From NCBI GenBank assembly GCA_013239625.1, contig MU054033.1, positions 496,001 to 560,000 on the forward strand: 64,000 nt of DNA. Direction: 5' to 3'. Below are positions 1-12,360 of this stretch, piece by piece (position 1 is the first letter of the stretch; each line of letters starts with the position of its first letter). The translations under genes and the position numbers were made by a program. Below the pieces are notes generated by a model. The model saw nothing but the letters and a program-made list of their open reading frames with translations. It had not been told where the DNA came from and ran no database searches. This stretch comes from Lama guanicoe (taxonomy: Eukaryota).

Positions 1-1585
1 AGCTCCACCTACTTACAGAAGCATCAGCGCCTGACAAGAAACTAAACAACGTCGCTCGGATATACGGGAGAGGAGACTTCTGGTCCTGTGAGAGAGGTAA
101 GAAAAGCGGAGAGCAATCTCCCTGCAAGACTTAAATCACTGTTTTTTTCTGTTTGCTACTTTCCGTGAGCTATATATTATCAGGAACCCATCTTTGAGAA
201 TATTGCGGCACCTTCTACCGTTTCTGGAAGAGAGAAAAAAACTGGCTGGCTGGGTCTGGGTTTCTGAGAAATGGGGATCTGAGTCAAAGCTCACGGGTGA
301 AGGTTTTCTTGGGAGGTACAACCCTAGCACTGCAAAAGTTGGGGGGAAGGGGAGGCAGAAAAGTAGGGAAAGGGGTAGGAGGTGACGTGTCAGCAAGCTG
401 ACTACCGCTTCCCAAGCAAATGTGGCCCGTGTTCAGTGATGTGGACACCATGCTGCTAAGCTTGTGGGTTCCACGCCATCTCTTGCCTCCCACCGATCAG
501 AATTCACCCCAGGGTGTGCCAGCTCCTCTGCACTTTGGGGCTGTGTTATCTGCCCTAGAGGCAGCTCTGGGAAGGGTAGGTACCCAGCTTCTGTGCTCGT
601 CTGAGTTCCTAAGTGATGGAAACCCAAGTGTCTGCAGGACCTGCCAGGTCAGACCCTGTGCGTGGAGGGAGTCGGGTGAAGCCAGCCACACCCCCACGGA
701 GGGCTGGAGACAGCCGGTCGGTGGGGTGGGAAAGGTGAAGGTGTCCCAGACAGGGCCTCTCCACGGGGCAAGCAACCAAGACTGGGGTAGCTGAGGCCCA
801 GGGAATCCAGGAGCCCACACTGGGACCTGTGTAACAGCTGTGGATATCTTCTTGTATATTAGGAAGAAAGTTCTATGCAGTAGGGTCGTGGGGCAGCATG
901 AGTCCTACTTTGGGAACCACCCACAGGTGGCCGGGGGCAATGCAGCGCATCCCAAGTATGAACAGTGCCTGGAGGCTGAAGCCAGGAGGGTCTCAGCTTC
1001 CTTTGACCCAGTTCCGCGCTGCACTGCTTCAAGCCGGGCTACGTCCCCACGTGGGGTGAAGGCACGCGGTATGGAACCGTTCAGGATGGCGGGTTCCAGT
1101 GTGGCTCTGGGCTCTCAGGCTCTGAAGTCCAGCCTGAGTCCGACTGCTGGTCCCAACACCGCTCACCTCTTCCTGGGGTGGCAAGGGAATAAAATGCCTT
1201 AAAATAGGTGACATGTGCCAAACAGCGCAGGCACGCTGCGATGCCTTAGGGGTCTGTCTTACTACTGTGGCCTTGAGAGGGACCAAGCATGGGGACCGCA
1301 TTCACAAAGCATCGCTGTGGTGGTCAGCGCCGTGTAGGCGTGCCGTACACCCTGGCTCCTGCTTAGGAGTGGGGCCTCTTTCAAGAATTTTCAGCTCTCT
1401 TAAAATATCTTTTCCTTCTTCTGGGTTAATCAATCAAAATATGATTGAACTTAGGGAGAAAATAATAGAGATACTATACATAGTTAATAAATCCAAAGTT
1501 GCTGATTGCTTTTATTAGTGGTAAAAATAACTCTGGAAATCAGAAAAACTCAGTTTGGATTAAATTCCTAACATTGGCTTGCTTT

Positions 1586-2192
1586 TAGATTCTACAGATG
1601 AGTGATATCATATGGTATTTTCCTTTCTCTTTCTTGCTCCCTTCACTTAAACTGACGATCTCCAGGTCCATCCATGTTGCTGCAAATGGCATTATTTTAT
1701 TCTTTTTTATGGCTGAGTAGTATTTCATTAAATATATACATATACCACAACTTCTTCATCCAGACATCTGTCGATGGCCATTTAGGCCGTTTCCATGTCT
1801 TGGTTATTGTAAACAGTGCTGCTGTGAACATTGGGGTGCATGTGTCTTTTCAAATTAGAGTTCCCTGGACACAACTGAACTTTTCTGCAAACCAGAAATA
1901 GACTCACAGACATAGAAAAGAAACTCATGGTTACCAGCCAGGAAAGTGGGTATAAACTAGGAGACTGAGATTTGCAGGTACTAACTACTATATATGAAAT
2001 AGATAAGTGACAAGTTTGTATTTTATAGCACAGGGAACTTTATTCCATATCTTATAGCAACCTATAATGAAAAAGAATGTGGAAAGGAATATATGTATGT
2101 ACATGTATGACTGAAGCATTGGGCTGCACACCAGAAATTGATATAACATTGTAAACTGACAATATGTCAACTTAAAAAAATGGAACAAAAGG
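1586..2192 (+). mobile_element. 5'-truncated, 5'-inverted L1 3' end
   Basis: About 1586-1866 is antisense L1; about 1867-2180 is the sense L1 3' UTR ending in an A run. Flanked by TGGCTTGCTTT at 1575-1585 and 2193-2203. Confidence 0.85.
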
Positions 2193-2953
2193 TGGCTTGC
2201 TTTGTTGACTGGAGCAAATGGTGGCAGAGTTTCACCCTACATGTATCCTGGAGGTTAAAAAGTGCATTACATTCTTTCTCACTGCTTCTGCCTTACTGAT
2301 ACCTGCGAAGCTGTTTATTGAAAGCTGTATTCCTACAAATTAATTACTATTGGTTTTCTGATGCAGTATATATTAACTTTGATATGGCTAATAACTAATG
2401 ATTAAATAGTCATCATTCCAAAAAAGAACAAAGGATTTTCAGCTCCGGGAAAGTAAACCAGCTTTGGGCACCAGGATTTCACCCTTACAGGGACACGTGT
2501 CTTGGTGAGTTCAGGAAGTCTGGGAGCCATACGTCCCCAGGGAGACCTCCTTCCTGCCCTAATGGGGGCGCCTGTGCTCACCCTCCAGGAACCAGGCAGC
2601 TTCCTTCCCTGGAGCAGAGCGGGAGCGTCTCACCGGAGACCCCATGTGGGAGGGAGGCCCCCAGCTCCAAACCCCAGGACGTCTGTTGTCTGTCACTCCC
2701 TGGTGGTCCGGAGTGATCAGCCTCCCCTGGCCCCACTCCTCTGCCCCTCTCCTGCCTGCCGGGCAATGACTTGGCGAGGCCTGTCTCCTCCGGGTCCACT
2801 GTGTCGTCTCCCACCTTCCCATGCTTTGCCACCTCAGCTCTTCACACCTGAATGAGTAACCTGTTTCCAGTTTTCTCCCATCTGAGTTCACCCTGCTTGC
2901 CACCCCGGCTGGTGCACAGCTCACAGCAAACGTCCAGCCCCTTGTCTGGGGTT

Positions 2954-3053
2954 GGGGAGGTGGGATATCACTGAGCGGTAGAGCGCATGCTTAGCAAGCG
3001 CAAGGTCCTGGGTTCAATCCCTGGTATCCTCATACTGCTGTTAAAAAAAAAAA
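2954..3053 (+). mobile_element. tRNA-Ala-derived SINE (camelid Vic-1-like)
   Basis: ...GGTAGAGCGCATGCTTAGCAAGCGCAAGGTCCTGGGTTCAATCCC followed by an A tail. Confidence 0.85.
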
Positions 3054-3134
3054 TACTGCAGCCAGGTCTGAATGTCTGAGAGCCCGGAGGGGCTATCCTG
3101 GGAGCAGTGAGGCCCGAGGGTACAATGTCACTAC

Positions 3135-3265
3135 CACACTACTTTCTACATGAGGAAACTGAGGCACCGAGGTGTCACGTGACCTACCCAGGTCCTCGAG
3201 TGTGAGTTAGAGACTCACGGAATCCAGGTCGAGGTCTGGAGACCAGGTTTTCAACCTCTACCCCA
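3135..3265 (-). mobile_element. MIR SINE remnant
   Basis: Core TGAGGAAACTGAGGCAC..GAGG..GTGAC...CCCAGGTC. Confidence 0.65.
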
Positions 3266-6200
3266 CGTTGATTCTTCGTGTGTGCCATTTTGCTTGAAAA
3301 TGTGTTTAAAACAATGTGTCACACCTGGTTCCTCCCGCCTGCCTGTAAGATGCACAAGCCTTCTTGGTGTGAGCACTCGGGGTGAGCGTTCGGGGCGCCC
3401 CAGCCTGGACCCGGTCTGCCGTCCTCTCCAGCTCTCCCGCGGCGAGACTTCTCATACCCTGGGCTCCCGCCAAGCTGTCCCCTGGCCTCGAGCTCCCCAG
3501 GCCTCCCTCCATCACTGACTTCCGGGCCTCGGATAGGCAACTCCTGCTGTTCAGTATCCTCTGACCTGTCTGTCAAAAGGCCACCCATCTTTACAAACTC
3601 TGGTCGCATTCCACCTCTTTCAGGAAGTGTTCCCATCTCCCTTCAGGGGGTGTGGGTCTCCTTCCCGTGGAAACCCTCTTGGCACACAGTCTTGACTTCG
3701 AATGACAGTGATACATTGTGATGCAATTGACGTGATGCTTCTAACCCTCGCACTGACCTCTGGGTGCTCAACTCCGGGCCCTTGATCAGGAAATGTGCAT
3801 GAAACAGGAGAGTGAATACATGAGCTCATGGTCTAGGGCAGGCCCAGGGCCTCACTCGACTTGTCCAGGAGTGCCTCAATAAATGATGCTCGATCAGTGG
3901 AAAAATTACAGAACTTCTATCCCCGTCCGCCTCTGGCGTGCTCTCTTAAAGACGCAGGCAATCACTTGTTCACCTACATTGAATGAGGCACTGACAGTCC
4001 CTCAGAATTCGTTGCCCGCATGCAATTAACAGGGGCACACACTCTGTACACACACACAACGCTCACAGACACAGGGTCCCACATGCACACGCACACACAT
4101 CTTTGGTGGATACTGTTTCCCTGATGCAGGTTGAGTTCTGATTGGGTTAATAGTAACAATTCCTAGCACGTATCACTCTCTCATGTTGGACATTTTCCCC
4201 AGCAGTTAGTAGATCTTGGCTCAGTTTACCCTTGGAAAAACTTGTTGAGATTGATACTAGTATTATCAGTGGTTACCAGAAGTTTCCCAGCTGAGGCAGA
4301 ACGCAGTTTAGGAAAGTATCTTGCCCCAGCTAGACAGCCTGTGAGCGGTGGGGCTGGGACACGGACACACCACTGTCTGCTCCTCGCCCCAGCGCTCTGT
4401 GACCTGTTCGTCTGGGTGGTGGGCTAACAGCCTGCTTCCCTGTTGTCCCGACAGGACGTCGACACAGCAGAACCCTCCACAGACATGTGTGTGCTGCTTG
4501 AGAAGGCGATCGCCCAGCAGAAGCTGAACTAACCCCTCAAGCACTTCTGCCGAGCTGCTCAGAGCCTGTTAAACTGGAAGTTTCTCAGAAGACCAGAAAT
4601 GTGGTCAAGCACCCAATTTCCGGGCTTCTCAGTGCATTTACCAAACTGATAACATTCATTCTAAACATCTTGCTGAAACAAACCAGACCTGCAGAGGACA
4701 ATTTCTGCCTGGAAATCCCTTAGTGCGTACGTTTCACGGTGTGATTTCCTCCCGTGCACGTTGCAGTTAGGCACAGTAGAGGTCATAGGTGAGCCAGCGT
4801 TTCCCTGCAAATGCCAGGTGTTCAGGGTTCCCTTTCTGCACGGTGTGCCTGCAGCCTAGCCTGCAGAATCACCCGATTGCAATGCCAGAAGGAATTCTAC
4901 GGAGAATCCGGTTCAACTCCCTCGGCTCTCAGATGAAGAAAGAAGGTTCAGAGAGATGGAACGATGCCCTTAATGGGTCTGGGGTAAGGAGTGCACTAGA
5001 ACCCCAGCCTCCTGAGTTGCAGTCAGACCTCTTTCCAGTGAACTACCCTGCGGGTGACTTTGCAGAAATGTTTAGATAAGGTTTGCCTCCGTGGCTGGAG
5101 CTGCATTGCAATGTGGACATGCCACCTCTTATTCTTAGTAAAGTGACTTTTGTTAGAACACATTTCACAATTTCGTATTTCACACACTTGTAACCCTGCT
5201 AGCCGGGTCCCAGTTGCCAGCTAGCTGCTGCCACAATGCTTGCTCCATCACTGGCCGTTTTGCAATGAACACAGTTCACTGCTACCAAGTCTTGACCATT
5301 TTTAGTATATTCCCCTGCTCCTCACCTACCTTTTTTGGTTAGTTTCCTTTCTTTTGTCACCTTCACACACATACACCATTTAATCTGAATGAGCAAAAAT
5401 GCTCACTGAAATGTGTTGCCATCTGTGGTGGCTGAATTTAAAGGCTTGTTTCGGTTTTTGTAATGGTGTACTTGCAACAGTTTCTCTTTGTTTGCAAAAT
5501 CACCTCTTCCTGGTCTTTTCCTGGGTCTTTTTGGAAACACTTTGAAATGTATTCAGACATCAGCTGCTTTCGTCTGGGGAAATCATGTAGTCCGTGTAGA
5601 GATCTAGTTTCTTTCTTAGCTTGAGCAAGAGCCATTAATAGGACACATTGCGCCTTGCCGTAACTTAAAGCCTGGCCTTCCAGGGGGAGTGCTATTGGAC
5701 CATCTTCTATTACCCAATTTCCTACAAAAACTAGTTTTTGAAGAACAAGGCCAAGCAGACCAGTGGAACCACGTGGATGAAGCTGGGGCACAGAGCGGCT
5801 GGGGCTGGAAGACGGTGGAAAATTTGAACGCTCGCAACATCTGGGTTGTGGCTGAGCCAGGTAGGGAGCAAGAAAGAAGAGGAGGTGGGAGTTTGGTAGA
5901 GGAAAGAATCCAAAGGAGTAATGAGGGTTTGATGATTGGGGAAAGATCAAAGGGAAAAAAATAAGAATAAATCAAGAGGAAAAAATATGAAATGAATCCA
6001 GGTCAACAACAGTGGAAGAATGAAAAGGGAAGGAGGGGAGTGGGCCTAAGGACTCGAAATGACGTGAAGGGTAGAAATAAAACAAAGAACACGAGCGAAA
6101 GAAAGAAACACCATTCCAGGAAGTTTCTGCCCCAACGTTGGATGACTCATTAGGTCAGAGCCAAAGCATCAGCATAAACCCCATGCTGACGGCCGTGGGC

Positions 6201-8699
6201 AGGCCTCCCGTGGGCGACCGGCCACGACAATCCGGCCACGCCGGCTCACACTTTGAAGTCTCAACGCAAGAACAAAACAAAACTGTAACTTACGGATTCC
6301 TAAAAATCATTTCACCTTCTGTCCATGAAGTTTAATAAAAAGACCCACGATCCTCAATACGCACAGTGCAGTGGAAAGACCCTGGACACCGGAGCCCCGA
6401 TGAGGACTGTGGGGCCCCAGTGGTGGCCAAAGGATTTTGAGCTACGGCAGCTTTTCTGCAGAGAAATCTAGAGGCCAGTCCTAGAGCCGATGTGGTGGAG
6501 CTGTCTGATGTGGGTCTCTCAGTAGGGAGACGCCTTTCTTTCCCCGGGGGGCATCTCAGCAGAACCTCTCCATCTGGGGGCACACTGTCCAGCCTCCACT
6601 TCCTCTTGATGGGGCACTCTCTCTCTCTCTCTCTCCCTCTTTCTCTCCCTGCCATAGTTCACACGCTGCTAAGCTGAATTCTCTTTAGAGATCCCAGTTT
6701 GCAGCTACACCTGCCTAAAGAGGCCCTGGGCTAAAACTTCCTGGACGCAGAGGTCCTCTTACGTGTTTTCTCTCCCGAAGCAGCTGCAGTTGTAGGGTTC
6801 TTCCCATCTCAGAAAGGAGAGGCCACAATCTTACTCTTTCTGCCCTCAAGTCATCGCTGTTATATTTGCTTAATCAGAAAGCGTGCTGGCAGTGTCATCA
6901 GATGAGGCTGAATGCGGCTGTCTCCTGCCTCATCACTGTCCTCATCACTGTCCCTGCCTGCTTCTCCCTCATCCTGCCCCCCTAGAACTGAGCGGAACTG
7001 AGGCGAAGGAAGTTTTGACTCCATGACTTCAACCAGACCCCTCCCCCTCCTCCTCCTCCTCCTGGGACCTGGTCGCAGCCCTGCTCTACAGTCAGGCACA
7101 TGCTGACGACTTCCTGGAAGCCTCTAACCTGAGTAATTTGTTTCCAGTGTTTTAGGTTTTATGCTCCGTTCACTGTGTTAATCTGCAAGGGCTTGCCTAT
7201 TCTGTGACTGTTCCAGGTTACAGCGCTGAACACACCACGTCCCGGGTCACGGGCACAGATCCTTTCTTGTATTGTTCAGCGGTTTCCTAATCACCAGGAG
7301 GAGCTAAAGAGTTACTTTCTAAGCTGGTACCACAGATATCTTTTACACTTCATCTGACTTCCAAGCAAGATGGCAGTGAAAAATCATGCACAACCACGAT
7401 TCAAGCACAATCTAGAAATACACCCGCAAGTAATCAGAGGAGCTTCAGGTTTCAAAATTCAGCAAAAAGAACCAGTTTCCAGGTTCAGAGAATTCCTCCA
7501 AGATCACCACTTGGGGGTGACTCCAAGCATGTTACCTACCTTTCTTGAATTTGACGTTGTTTTTCTATAAAGCGGTGGGTCTCGGGGTCCCATTCTACAA
7601 CAGCATTTGGAATTCTATGAATTTATTTAAAAAGCAAGACAATGTGGAGAATGTGCTGTAGGTGGTTGTGCTGGGGGGCGGGGTATGCCCTAGGTGACTC
7701 TGCATTTCTGGGAACTAATTGCATTTCTGATCCTGAAAAGGTAAGTAACAGGCATAATACGGTTTTAATTTCATCAGAGAGAGGTTTTCAAAGCTATAAT
7801 GGACAATGTGAGGATTTGGGGGAAAAGGAAATGTTTTAGTAAATGCAAGAAAAGTGGAAAATACAAACCAAAATCAGGATTCATTTCATCTATGGAATCT
7901 ACTCTTTGGAGTAAGTGTCTGATAGAGCTGGCTGACTCAAAAGCCACACGCAGATTTGCTTTTCCAATTGGTGAGCGTCTGGGAAGGTGGGTTTGGGGAA
8001 GATGTTAAGACGCATATTACATGTCTATGTCGTCAGGGCCTTGTTGGTAAATCTACACTCCACCAGATGAACTGTGAACATGTGTGTGTTCCGAACCACA
8101 ACATTGTCCTTGGAGAATAGTTTGAAACGCGAAGCTTTCCAGAAACCCAACTGATAACGTGATAAACGTGTTTAAGCAGCAGTCTTTCGGTACTTACAAT
8201 TCTGTAACACGAGGATGGGGAAGGTTAGAAGAGAGACAAGCTCGGCAAGCAGATTTTCTATTGATGATGGACACTGGTGATGGCAACGGGGTGGGGGGTA
8301 GGTCACTCCATTCTTTAACTTTGGAGTTAGTTCAAATTTTTCCTTTTTGAAAGAGTGTATTTTTATCATGGGGAAAAGAAAGTGGAACGTCATGGAAGGC
8401 ATTCAGCCCAGCTCCTGCACAGTCCAAGCGGAGCACGAGGTCCTTCCGCACCTGCCACATTCCCTATTTGGGCAAGCCTGTGCGTCACCGTCAGGAACAT
8501 GGCTCCCTTCGCAGAGCCAGGCACCGCCGCTCTATGTATAGATGCGCCGTGTGTGTGCCACGTGCCTTCAGTCTTAGCTTGATGACTTAACTCTCACCGC
8601 GAGGTGCCTTTCTCCCGTTTCGTTACGACTCTTATGTCCCCCGGGAATTTGGGAGGCGAAGACAACTGCATCGAATTAAAGGCAGAAAATGACTGACTA

Positions 8700-10380
8700 G
8701 CTTCTAGCTTCACGATCAAGAGACCCCGAGCGGCCGTCTCGAGCCCAGCAGCGGACGGAGCAGCCGGGCGCAGCAGGCCCGCGGACCCGCGCCCGGGCCG
8801 GCGGCTCTCGGCGCGGCCGCGGGAGGAGCCGGCGGGGCGGCAGATGGACGTCCGCGAGCCGCGTTTCCCAGCTGGGTTACGCAACAACTTTGCAGTCGTC
8901 ATCTGCGCCCTAATGTGCAGGGGGCGGTGCTGGTGCGTTGCGCTTTCTACGCCCCCGCCACCCCCCATCACCCCCCCAGGCCCCCCTCCCCCGCCGCTCC
9001 GGGCTGTCGCGCTTTCTGGGGAGACGCGCGGGGCATTGTAATCGCCGCCGACGCAGCACGGCGAGGCTCGAAACGGCCGCCCGGCCCCCTCCCCTCGGCG
9101 GCCCGCCCGAGGCCTGGCGGCGCGCCAGCCTCGCCTCCCCGCCTCCCCTCGCGCCCACCCCGCGGAGGAGCGGTCCTCGCGGAGTGTGCGGGGCGGGGAA
9201 GGGGGAGGTCCCTGCCACGCCCGGGCCGCCGCAGCCCGCGGCCCTCGACCCGGTACTCGGTCGGCAACAGGTAGCCCGCCGGCTGCGCGCTCGGGGGAAC
9301 AAAACGCGCCTCTGCGAGGGAAAGAGGGTCGCCGGGCTCAGAAAGGCGCCTCGGCGACCGAGAGGGCGAAGGCGGCGGTGCGGGGGGCGGCGCGGCGAGG
9401 CGGGGGGCTTGGGCCCCTCCCCAGGCTCGCTCCGGTCCAGGCGGCCGCGCCGGCCGTTGCGCAACCCGGGAGCGGGGCGCGGGTCCTCCCAGCGCGCGGG
9501 CGGCGGCGGTGGCCAGGGCCGGGCAGGGACGCGGGCTGCTGGCGGCTCTGCCGGGAGGGGGAGCGGGCGGGGNNNNNNNNNNNNNNNNNNNNNNNNNNNN
9601 NNNNNNNNNNNNNNNNNNNNNNNNNNNNNNNNNNNNNNNNNNNNNNNNNNNNNNNNNNNNNNNNNNNNNNNNNNNNNNNNNNNNNNNNNNNNNNNNNNNN
9701 NNNNNNNNNNNNNNNNNNNNNNNNNNNNNNNNNNNNNNNNNNNNNNNNNNNNNNNNNNNNNNNNNNNNNNNNNNNNNNNNNNNNNNNNNNNNNNNNNNNN
9801 NNNNNNNNNNNNNNNNNNNNNNNNNNNNNNNNNNNNNNNNNNNNNNNNNNNNNNNNNNNNNNNNNNNNNNNNGGGGCGCGGGCCGGGCTGTGCGCCGGGC
9901 CCGGCCGTGCGCGGGGCTGGCTGGCGGCGGCGAGTGTGCGCGGGGCATTCATTACATAAACTTTTGCTGCCTTGTCAGGAGGGGACTCGCCACCTTAAGG
10001 TGGCTGCTTTGATTGCAGCGCCCTCGCGCCGGCACGTAGCCCAGGCTGGCCTGCGCTCCCCCCGCCGCTGTTGCATAATGTCTCCCGATTTCAGGAAAAT
10101 TGATGTTTTGGTGGAGAAGAGCGCCGGGGAGGCTGAGCCATCTCGCGGGGAAGGGCAGCGCTCTTTCCGTTCTCGTCCCTTCTGCGGGGCTGGCGGCGGC
10201 GGCGAGGAGGGGGCTGAGTAGTGGGGAAGAGTCCTGATTTTCTCGTTGAAAAAGAGGGCTGGGAGTGTGAACGGTGACGGCATTCGGAGAATGCCTGCGC
10301 TGCGTGTGTTTGTGTCCGGGGCTGAGTCTGCACAGACGTTTTCCACCCTGTTTGTCGTCAGCGTGTTTTACCAGCGCTCG
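8700..10380 (+). promoter_or_regulatory. NFIL3: NFIL3 promoter CpG island, probably containing non-coding exon 1
   Basis: Very high GC and CpG density with many GGGCGG boxes, about 12 kb upstream of the coding exon, which fits the known two-exon NFIL3 layout. The TSS cannot be placed exactly because of the N gap. Confidence 0.8.
9573..9872. other. Assembly gap (300 N) inside the GC-rich promoter
   Basis: Run of n from 9573 to 9872, flanked by G-rich sequence. Confidence 1.
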
Positions 10381-11739
10381 GGGAGGCTGTGGGATCTGTC
10401 CTTGCACACATTGCATAATCTGCCTACGGTGACATACTGGCAGGGATTACGGGCTGATGTGGGAATGTGCGCTACGTGTGCAACGATTTGGTAATTTTAG
10501 CGCAGCGTTGGATATTAGATCGTTATTTACATGTGTACTACGTCCCAAATTAAAAGAAAAAACAAGATGTATTTTTAAACACTCCTTCAAAGCGTGAAAG
10601 GAAGAATTCCTCGGGTTGTATTCTGATCTTGAATACTGCCCGGGCTCGCCCCTTAGGTGTTCTGAGCTAGTATTTTTAAATCTGGGACGAGCCGTTGTGA
10701 CGTTTACCTCTCCACCTTCCTAATTTTAATACATTCCATCCGATCAGCCCTTTTTCTCACCAAATTGTCATTGCTTTTTCAGACGCGACAAGACAGATCA
10801 CATAATAGTTTCCTGGAAATGTTGCATTATGTAACTGACGAATTTGCTGGCAGTGAGCATAGGAAGAGGGAGCTAATTGCGTGATTTTATAATCCTGCTA
10901 CAAAGAAAGTAGGACAGTCTTAGCCTTTAAAATGTCACTGTAACAGTTTTTTTTTAAAGGATATTTTAAGCAGGCAAGTAGACAACTGGGCAAGCGTTGA
11001 GTTTGCGCATGCTGCCCAATGGGTGTCTTTTGCCCTAAATGAAATGTGCGTTCTTCTAAATTTAGCCCTAACTATCACATTTTGACAATTGTGGCCACAC
11101 GGTGCTATTTCTGGTGTTTTCTCCAGGGCTGTGTGCAGATACAAGTTCAAGGCCATTTGCTGTAGTTTTAACTCCACGCCTTCGGAGACCTTTGATAAGA
11201 TTGTATTTTTAGGAAGGCATTTCGCAGAGCCCGGTGGTTTGCTGGAGGCTGACTCCCATTTATCTTTTTAAAGGACACTTTAGGAAAGTGCTGTTCCCTG
11301 AGAACAGCAGGGGATGGCCAAGTGTCATCTTCTGGTCTCGGCTTTTGTAAATAACAACAGCGAATGAGCTCACAATATTTATTTCACGTCGTATTTTTTC
11401 CCTCCAGACAAGATGATTTATGGGAAACAGATATAGGTTAGTAGATTGTATTTTTGTGTGGACGCCCCAGTTTTATTAATGTGAGGATGATACGAGTTAA
11501 TGTACCCAGATTTTAAATTTCTTCCCGGACCCTTACGTAGTGTATGTGTGAATGTATGTATGTGATGGTGTGTTTGTATCAGATTTGTTTTCCCCTAATG
11601 TAACATTTAAATAATTTTAGTGCAGGGTTGGGGGGGCGTTTGGAAGGGGGCAAAGGGGGACGTATTACAAGATTCACCCCTGGAGCAAATTATATTACCC
11701 CAAGTAATTGAAGTTGCTTTCCAGGAAGCTAATATTGCT

Positions 11740-12360
11740 CCAGGCCCCCGGTGTCAGACCTCGACCTACTTTGGAGCTCGAGCTGCGTGCCCCTGAAACT
11801 GCGGGGGCCCGCGTAGCGCCCCCTTCCGATCGCGACCTCAGGGGCGCTCCTGTGCCTCCTGGCGCGCCCCTCCCTCCTGCGCGCCCTTGGGGTCTGGGGG
11901 GATGTGGGGCTGGCGGGCGGGGTCCCCGGCCCGCCCCGGCGAGCGCCCTGGGCGGCGCTTGCACGGGGGCCGCGCGGAGGCCTGCGCTCTTCCTCGCCCC
12001 CTCCCCACATTCCTTTGTTCTGGCGCGGGGGTCCTGGCGGCGCCGAGGCCCCGCTGCGCCGCCCACCCGGCGGGAGGCGGGTCCTGGGGAGGCGCGGCGC
12101 GGGGGGCGCGGGGGGACCGCCCGGGGCCGGCGAGTGCGGCGCTCTGTGGGCTCGCCCCGGCGGGAGGGGAGCAGGAGGGGCGGGGTGGCCCCCGGGCGAG
12201 GCCACCGGGAGACGGCAGCCCCGCGCCCCGCGCCCCGCCGGGCAGCTCCGGGGCCTGCCTTGCCGGGTTCTGCGCCTTGAGCTCCTGAGCGCCGCAGACA
12301 CCTTTGTTCCTGGAGGCTTCATTGTATGTCGGAGCCGAGCGCTTCTCGGTTGGTAAAGCG
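11740..12360. promoter_or_regulatory. Second CpG island in NFIL3 intron 1 (alternative promoter or enhancer)
   Basis: Abrupt GC- and CpG-rich block with GC boxes, set in AT-rich intron. Confidence 0.7.

Noticed and set aside
5438..5975. 170-aa and neighbouring ORFs as a possible retrogene
   Set aside because: No recognisable homology, poly(A) tail or TSD, and non-ATG starts.
8910..10221. Long R/G/P/A-rich ORFs across the promoter island, likewise at 11695-12427 and 29710-30857
   Set aside because: Stop-poor GC-rich sequence, some reading through the N gap; no protein family signal.
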